Origin: Gemmatimonadales bacterium
GTDB taxonomy: Bacteria; Gemmatimonadota; Gemmatimonadetes; Gemmatimonadales; GWC2-71-9
NCBI GenBank assembly: GCA_038205305.1
Contig: JBBRBZ010000004.1
Coordinates: 1-63,134, forward strand
Reading direction: 5' to 3'
Length of the DNA: 63,134 bases
Positions 57,997-63,134 of this stretch are shown piece by piece. The translations under genes and the position numbers were made by a program. The number at the start of each line of letters is the position of its first letter. Position 1 is the stretch's first letter. The notes below the pieces were generated by a model. It was not told the DNA's origin, did not search any database, and saw only the letters and a list, made by a program, of their open reading frames with translations.

Positions 57997-58968
57997 ATGA
58001 CACGCATCTTTGCGAATGCCGATTACGATTTCATCGCCTTCCGCGGCAAGGCGATCCGCGCGACTGTGTTCCTGCTCATCGTCGGGATCGTGGCGCTGAT
58101 CGCCTTCGGAGTGAACTACTCCATCGAGTTCAATGGCGGCACGCTCGTGCGCGTCAAGTCGAACGCCCCGATGCAGGTGCAGCAGCTCCGGTCGGGCCTC
58201 GAAGCGGCCGGGATTCACAGTCCGGAGATCACCCCGTTTGGCGGTGAGAACGAGTTTCTCATCCGGGCGCGGACGGCGGTGCAGGGCGCCGATGCCGACA
58301 ACGTCACGACCACCAAGACGGCCGTCGCTGGGGCGCTCGACAAGGTGCTCGGGGCTGGCAAGTACGCCATCATGCAGACCGACGCCGTGGGTCCGAAGGT
58401 CGGCGCTGACCTGAAGCGGCAGGCGTTCCTGGCAATCTTCCTTTCCTTCTTTGCGGTGCTGGCCTACCTGGCCTGGCGCTTCGAGTGGCGCTTCGGGTTG
58501 GCCGCCGTGGTGGCGACTGCGCACGACATCATTCTCACGATCTGCTTCATTGCCGCGCTTCGCATCGAGGTGTCCCTGGTGGTGGTAGCGGCTGTGCTGT
58601 CGATGGTCGGCTATTCACTCAATGACACCATCATCATTTTCGATCGTGTCCGCGAGAATTTGCGGAAGGGGCGCCGCGACCAGCTCGTTCCGGTGCTCAA
58701 CCGCTCCATCAACGAGACGCTGCCCCGCTCGATCTTGACGCACACGACCTCGCTCTCCGTCCTGCTGGCGCTCGCCGTCTTCGGCGGCCCGGTGATCCGG
58801 CCGTTTGCACTGGTCATGTTCTTCGGTGTGTTCACCGGGACCTTCTCTTCAATCTTCATCGCCCCGCCGGCACTGCTCATCATCGAGCACAAGTGGCCGG
58901 GCGTCGACGGTCGTAGCGTGAAGGTGAAGGGCACCGCCGCCATGCGCAGCAAGGCCACGCCGGCCTGA
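57997..58968 (+). CDS. secF: Protein translocase subunit SecF
   Basis: It reads NYSIEFNGGTLV, VGPKVGADLK and GYSLNDTIIIFDRVREN, typical of SecF. Confidence 0.92.
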   Translation: MTRIFANADYDFIAFRGKAIRATVFLLIVGIVALIAFGVNYSIEFNGGTLVRVKSNAPMQVQQLRSGLEAAGIHSPEITPFGGENEFLIRARTAVQGADADNVTTTKTAVAGALDKVLGAGKYAIMQTDAVGPKVGADLKRQAFLAIFLSFFAVLAYLAWRFEWRFGLAAVVATAHDIILTICFIAALRIEVSLVVVAAVLSMVGYSLNDTIIIFDRVRENLRKGRRDQLVPVLNRSINETLPRSILTHTTSLSVLLALAVFGGPVIRPFALVMFFGVFTGTFSSIFIAPPALLIIEHKWPGVDGRSVKVKGTAAMRSKATPA

Positions 58969-58972
58969 TGCG

Positions 58973-59755
58973 GTGCTGATCGACACGCATTGTCACCTGG
59001 CCGATCCGGCCTTTGCGCCGGATCGCGAGGCAGTGATCGAGCGGATGCGCGCGGCCGGGGTCGGCCGCGCGCTTGTCGTTGAGAGCGTGACCGCCCAGCT
59101 CGATGCCACCAATACTTGGGTCGCGAGCACCCCCGGAATTGGCCTGGCCACGGCATGTCATCCCCATGATGCCAAACTATGGGACGACGCGCTTCGCGAG
59201 CAGCTTCTCGCGGCATGGTCCACGCCCCGCCTGCGCGCGGTGGGTGAAATTGGCCTCGATTACCACTACGATCACTCGCCGCGCGATGTGCAGCGCCGGG
59301 TCTTCGCCGAACAGCTCGCGACCGCGGTGGCGCTCGATCTGCCGGTGATCATTCATGCCCGCGAAGCCGACGCGGACATGGTGGACATCCTGCGCGACCA
59401 GCCAACGGCGCGAATCGTCCTGCACTCCTTTTCGAGCAGCCCCGTGCTGCGGGATGCCGGGCTCGAATCGGCATGGTATTTTTCGTTCAGCGGCATGGTC
59501 ACCTTCAAGTCCTGGACGCAGGACGACACCGTCCGACTGGTGCCCGACGATCGCCTCCTCCTCGAAACCGACTCACCCTATCTTGCCCCGGTGCCGTATC
59601 GCGGGCAGCGGAACGAGCCGGCGTTCGTGGCGGAAGTGGCCCGCAAGGTGGCGACACTTCGCGGCCGCTCGTTCGAGGAGATCGCCACCCTGACCACGGC
59701 AAACGCGGAACGATTTTTTTGGGCAAGCTCGGCCACAGCAGGGCCACTTCCCTGA
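58973..59755 (+). CDS. tatD: TatD-family metal-dependent hydrolase
   Basis: It has LIDTHCHL, GEIGLDYHY, PVIIHAREA, LHSFSS and LLLETDSPYLAP, the canonical TatD motifs. Confidence 0.88.
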   Translation: MLIDTHCHLADPAFAPDREAVIERMRAAGVGRALVVESVTAQLDATNTWVASTPGIGLATACHPHDAKLWDDALREQLLAAWSTPRLRAVGEIGLDYHYDHSPRDVQRRVFAEQLATAVALDLPVIIHAREADADMVDILRDQPTARIVLHSFSSSPVLRDAGLESAWYFSFSGMVTFKSWTQDDTVRLVPDDRLLLETDSPYLAPVPYRGQRNEPAFVAEVARKVATLRGRSFEEIATLTTANAERFFWASSATAGPLP

Positions 59756-59793
59756 ACACTTCACGACCATCGCCATCAATCCGAGGCAGCGCC

Positions 59794-60168
59794 ATGCAAA
59801 TGATTGCCACTCCCGATGCACCCAAGGCCATCGGACCCTACTCGCAGGCCGTGCTTGTCAACGGGGTGCTCTACAGTGCGGGCCAGATCGCCCTCGACCC
59901 GGTCACCATGGAGATCGTCCCCGGCGGCATCGTCGAGCAGACCGAACGGGTGTTCCTGAATCTCGAAGCCGTCCTCTCGGCGGCTGGCCTGACCTTTCAT
60001 CATGTGGTGAAGACCACGGTTTTCCTGCAGGATATGGCCGAGTTCACTGCGATGAACGAGGTCTACGCCCGCCACTTTGGTGACCACCGGCCGGCCCGCT
60101 CGACCGTGGCGGTGGCCGGACTCCCCCGGAATGTGCGCGTTGAGATCGAAGTGGTGGCCGTCAAGTAG
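59794..60168 (+). CDS. ridA: RidA/YjgF-family reactive intermediate deaminase
   Basis: ATG 59794 gives a 124-aa protein with APKAIGPYSQAV...LYSAGQIALDP, VVKTTVFL and PARSTVAVAGLPRNVRVEIE. The upstream part of ORF 59473 overlaps tatD. Confidence 0.9.
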   Translation: MQMIATPDAPKAIGPYSQAVLVNGVLYSAGQIALDPVTMEIVPGGIVEQTERVFLNLEAVLSAAGLTFHHVVKTTVFLQDMAEFTAMNEVYARHFGDHRPARSTVAVAGLPRNVRVEIEVVAVK

Positions 60169-60218
60169 TGTTCCCATGTCGGCTTGGGATTCCGGGGCGG
60201 CGGCAGCACCTTTCAGGG

Positions 60219-60671
60219 ATGCGGACCCTGCTCGCCCTCGCCCTGCTCGGAGCCGCCCTGCCCGGAGCCCTGCCCGGACAGGGCGGTGCCACATCCGACA
60301 GCATCGTCGTCCACCGCCCCAAGCCGTTCAGCTACTTCTTCCGGTCGCTCGCCGTGCCGGGATGGGGCCAGGCGTCGCTCGATCGCAAGGTGACGGGCGC
60401 CATCTTCGTGGCGTTCGAGGGAATTTCCCTCGGCATGATGCTCAAGACCACTACTGAATTGCACTATCTGCAGGCCACCAATTCCGACCTGGTGTCCGCC
60501 AAGCGTGCGGAACGGCAGGACTGGCTCGTCGCCATGGTGATGAATCACCTCTTCTCCGCCCTCGAGGCGTATGTGTCGGCGAACCTGTTCGACTTTCCCG
60601 CCGACCTGCGCATGCGCACCCTTCCCGGAGGCCGCACCGGCGTGGGATTCACCATTCCCGTGCGACACTGA
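60219..60671 (+). CDS. Hypothetical exported/membrane protein (DUF5683-like PGWGQ motif)
   Basis: The signal peptide is MRTLLALALLGAALPGALPGQ. SLAVPGWGQASL followed by hydrophobic segments resembles DUF5683-type proteins of FCB-group bacteria. This is a weak call. Confidence 0.45.
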   Translation: MRTLLALALLGAALPGALPGQGGATSDSIVVHRPKPFSYFFRSLAVPGWGQASLDRKVTGAIFVAFEGISLGMMLKTTTELHYLQATNSDLVSAKRAERQDWLVAMVMNHLFSALEAYVSANLFDFPADLRMRTLPGGRTGVGFTIPVRH

Positions 60672-61486
60672 TGTCCACCGCCGCTATCGGCATTTTCGAT
60701 TCCGGGATTGGCGGACTCACGGTGGCGCGGGCCATTCAGGACCTGCTTCCGCTCGAGTCCACCATCTACCTCGGTGACACGGCGCGAGTCCCCTACGGAC
60801 CGAAGTCGCCCGATACCGTGCGTCGCTATTCGCGGGAAATCCTGGCGTGGCTTCTGGCGCAGCAGGTGAAGGCGGTCGTGGTGGGCTGCAACACCGCAAC
60901 GGCTCACGCACTGGACGATCTCCGGAGCATCTCGCCGGTGCCGGTGATTGGCGTCATCGAGCCGGGCGCGCGCGCTGCGGTGGCCGCGACGCGGAATGGC
61001 CACATCGGCGTGATTGGGACGGCGGGCACCGTGGCGTCGGGGGCGTATCGGCGCGCGCTCCTCGCCCTGCGTCGCGATCTCGAAGTGACGCAACAGGCAT
61101 GTCCGCTCCTGGTCCCGTTCGTCGAGGAAGGGTGGGTGGCGCATCCGGCGACCCGGATGGTGATCGAGGAATACCTCGCCCCGCTGCAGCGAGCGTCGGT
61201 GGATGTGCTGGTACTCGGCTGCACCCACTACCCGCTGCTCAAGCCCCTGCTGCACGAGGTCATGGGCCCGACTGTCCGGTTGATCGACAGCGCCCAGGAA
61301 ACCGCCCGCGAACTCGCCACGGTGCTGGAACAGGGACTCGCCGCCCCGACGTCGAATCAGCCGTTCCACCGCTGGGCCGCGACCGATGACGTGGCGCGGT
61401 TTGCAGCAGTGGGGTCGGTCTTCATCGGGGAATCGCCTGCCGCCGTCGAGCTGGTGGACCTGAGCGAGGAGCGGGCCGTCAGCTGA
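60671..61486 (+). CDS. murI: Glutamate racemase
   Basis: It reads IGIFDSGIGGLTV, YLGDTARVPYG, and has the catalytic cysteines in VVGCNTA and LGCTHYPLL. Confidence 0.92.
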   Translation: MSTAAIGIFDSGIGGLTVARAIQDLLPLESTIYLGDTARVPYGPKSPDTVRRYSREILAWLLAQQVKAVVVGCNTATAHALDDLRSISPVPVIGVIEPGARAAVAATRNGHIGVIGTAGTVASGAYRRALLALRRDLEVTQQACPLLVPFVEEGWVAHPATRMVIEEYLAPLQRASVDVLVLGCTHYPLLKPLLHEVMGPTVRLIDSAQETARELATVLEQGLAAPTSNQPFHRWAATDDVARFAAVGSVFIGESPAAVELVDLSEERAVS

Positions 61487-62243
61487 ACTGCGCGAGTCGT
61501 GCGCCGTCGGTATCGAGGACGGCATAGGCGTGCGATTCGATCCAGGGCCCGGGATTGAGATAGAGTTGGGTGGGTGAGATGGCTTCAAGTGCGGGTCGAT
61601 GCGTGTGACCCATGATCACCGCACCGAGGGACGGATGCGCGCACAGGGTGTGACTGGCCCACGCCGACTGCGCACGGGCCGACTCCTCGATCACCTCGGG
61701 ATGTGATCGGGTCCACGCGGGATCGTGGCCGAGCGCGTTGGCGACACGAAAGCCGATCGCGGCGGGGACGCGGCTGAAGGCCGCGATGACTGGGCGAGCA
61801 GCGATGATGCGGTTCAGGAGCGCCGCCGTGGTCCGCTCGGCATGAAGTCCGTCGCCGTGGACCGCGAGCACGCTGCGCCGGCCCACCGTGAATCGGAGCT
61901 CTCTGGGGTGAAATCGGATCCCGGCCTCGTCCGACCAGAAGCTGCCGCCCCAGCGGTCGTGGTTGCCGCCAATCATGAGCACCGGCATCCGGCGGGCGAG
62001 TGTTACGACCGCGGACGTGACGCGGATGGAATGCCGGGGGATGAGCCGGTGGTAGCTGAACCAGAAGTCATACAGGTCGCCGGCGATCAGCAGGGCGTCT
62101 CCAAGGGCGGAGATGCCATCGAGCAGGGCGAGGAAGGCATCCTCGTCCGCGCGGGGGGCGGCGCCGAAATGGGCATCCGCAACGACAACCAGGCGTTCAC
62201 CGATCACGGCGCGAAAGGTGGGGGATGACAGGAGTGCAGGCAA
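61479..62243 (-). CDS. lpxH: UDP-2,3-diacylglucosamine diphosphatase-like metallophosphoesterase (LpxH-like)
   Basis: It has VVADAHFG, IAGDLYDFW, GGNHD, HGD and MGHTHRP, calcineurin-like motifs in LpxH order and spacing. The N-terminal 19 nt overlap the divergent thioesterase ORF, so one of the two starts is wrong. Confidence 0.7.
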   Translation of the reverse strand: MPALLSSPTFRAVIGERLVVVADAHFGAAPRADEDAFLALLDGISALGDALLIAGDLYDFWFSYHRLIPRHSIRVTSAVVTLARRMPVLMIGGNHDRWGGSFWSDEAGIRFHPRELRFTVGRRSVLAVHGDGLHAERTTAALLNRIIAARPVIAAFSRVPAAIGFRVANALGHDPAWTRSHPEVIEESARAQSAWASHTLCAHPSLGAVIMGHTHRPALEAISPTQLYLNPGPWIESHAYAVLDTDGARLAQFS

Positions 62244-62671
62244 CCGAGACCCACGGAGTGACGACTACACACCATCGGGTGGACTATTCCGAGACCGACC
62301 AGATGGGGGTGGTCTACCACGCCCGCTACCTCGTCTGGCTCGAGATTGCCCGTACCGAGCACCTCCGCCTCTCCGGGACCTCCTACCGGGAGCTGGAGGA
62401 GCAGGGATTCCGTCTGATGGTCGGCGACGCACACCTTCGGTACCGCCGGCCGGCGAGGTATGATGACCTGATCCTGGTTCGAACCTGGGTCCGCGAAGTT
62501 GCCTCGCGCCGGATCGACTTCGGGTATGCCGTGGAGCATGCCGAACGAGGCGAACTTCTGCTGACCGCCAGCACCGCCCTGCTGGTACTGACCACCGAAT
62601 TCGCCTTCGCGCGCCTGCCTCAAGAGCTTGGCGCTCGGCTCCAACCCATCCCCGACCCGGTGCGCCTGTGA
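62225..62671 (+). CDS. Acyl-CoA thioesterase, 4HBT/YbgC-like hotdog fold
   Basis: HHRVDYSETDQMGVVYHARYLVWLEIARTEHLR is the classic 4HBT N-terminal motif with the catalytic Asp. The likely true start is the downstream GTG (VTTTHH...). Confidence 0.8.
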   Translation: MTGVQATETHGVTTTHHRVDYSETDQMGVVYHARYLVWLEIARTEHLRLSGTSYRELEEQGFRLMVGDAHLRYRRPARYDDLILVRTWVREVASRRIDFGYAVEHAERGELLLTASTALLVLTTEFAFARLPQELGARLQPIPDPVRL

Positions 62672-63134
62672 ACGCTCGTCGCAACTGCTTCCTGCTCCTG
62701 CTTCTGCTGCTCGGGGGCGCCGACGTGGCACGCCTCTCGGCGCAGGATCCCGCATTGGTCGAGGCGCTGGCACCGCTGCTCCGCGCAGAGGACCGACTGG
62801 AGTTCGATCCTGACCTCTTCGGCACGGCTGCCTTGCACCCCGAGCCGCTCGTGCGCCGGACCGCGGCACTCGCCATCGGCCGGATCGGCGATCCCCGCGG
62901 CAGCGCCGTGCTCGTGCGCCTGCTCCAGGATCGTGACTCCACCGTCCTCCCTGACGTCATCTTTGCGCTCGGTTTGCTGGCTGACACCAGCACCGTGGCC
63001 CCCCTCATCAATCGCCTCAAGTCATCCGACGCGCTCATCGCCAGCGCCGTGGCGGAGGCCGGTCCCGCCCTGATCCGAATCGGATCCCCTGACGCGATCG
63101 CCTTTGTTGAAGTCGTACTCAAGGGGCAGGGTGC
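62668..63134 (+). CDS. HEAT-repeat (PBS-lyase-type) exported protein, 3'-truncated by window end
   Basis: My own translation from GTG 62668 (overlapping the thioesterase stop) gives VNARRNCFLLLLLLLGGADVARLSAQ..., then RRTAALAIGRIGDPRGSAVLVRLLQDRDS and VIFALGLLADTSTVAPLINRL. The frame is open to the window end. Confidence 0.55.
   Translation, partial: MNARRNCFLLLLLLLGGADVARLSAQDPALVEALAPLLRAEDRLEFDPDLFGTAALHPEPLVRRTAALAIGRIGDPRGSAVLVRLLQDRDSTVLPDVIFALGLLADTSTVAPLINRLKSSDALIASAVAEAGPALIRIGSPDAIAFVEVVLKGQG

Noticed and set aside
59473-59793. The upstream part of the 231-aa ORF containing ridA.
   Set aside because: It overlaps tatD in another frame. RidA-family proteins are about 125 aa, and ATG 59794 gives exactly that.
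62476-62485. GGTTCGAACC, which resembles a tRNA T-arm.
   Set aside because: It lies in-frame inside the thioesterase CDS. No acceptor or anticodon stems can be built around it. I found no tRNA-like cloverleaf anywhere in the window.

Overview
This is a 63.1 kb chromosomal segment, roughly two-thirds G+C by eye, and very gene-dense. I support about 65 CDS, nearly all read from the ORF translations. I found no rRNA, tRNA, CRISPR array, transposase, integrase or prophage signal.

The content is mostly housekeeping:
- pyrR-pyrB-pyrC; rpsT; an M50 protease with scpA-scpB-rluB
- a MoxR/DUF58/vWA 'Bat' (aerotolerance-type) operon
- mutL-miaA-bshA-uppP-birA-coaX with a UbiA-family gene
- groES-groEL behind a CIRCE-like operator
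- an M28 peptidase and a MATE pump
- a minus-strand operon of Roadblock, two nucleotidyltransferases and an MBL hydrolase
- serS, an orphan histidine kinase, pcrA, gatCAB and a class V aminotransferase
- murA-pgeF; rimP-nusA-(L7Ae-like)-infB-rbfA-truB-ribF-secD-secF-tatD-ridA; murI; an lpxH-like gene; a thioesterase; and a partial HEAT-repeat gene

Consecutive genes very often overlap by 1-4 nt (ATGA/GTGA). Long stop-free antisense ORFs are common and I treat them as high-GC artefacts. The family mix (CarboxypepD_reg, DUF5683-like, BshA, Bat operon) suggests a Gemmatimonadota/FCB-like lineage, but that is inference only.

I do not see a convincing new multi-gene system such as a defence island. 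The most interesting items are:
- a secreted protein whose motifs align with the PHM/DBH copper monooxygenase core, with a variant CuH site and Met-rich tails
- a compensated CIRCE variant upstream of groES
- an orphan Roadblock/LC7 gene heading a sugar-nucleotidyltransferase operon
- a compact, fused version of the Bat operon
- a truB gene that must start at a non-ATG/GTG/TTG codon

All family calls rest on motif recognition from memory. No database search was run.
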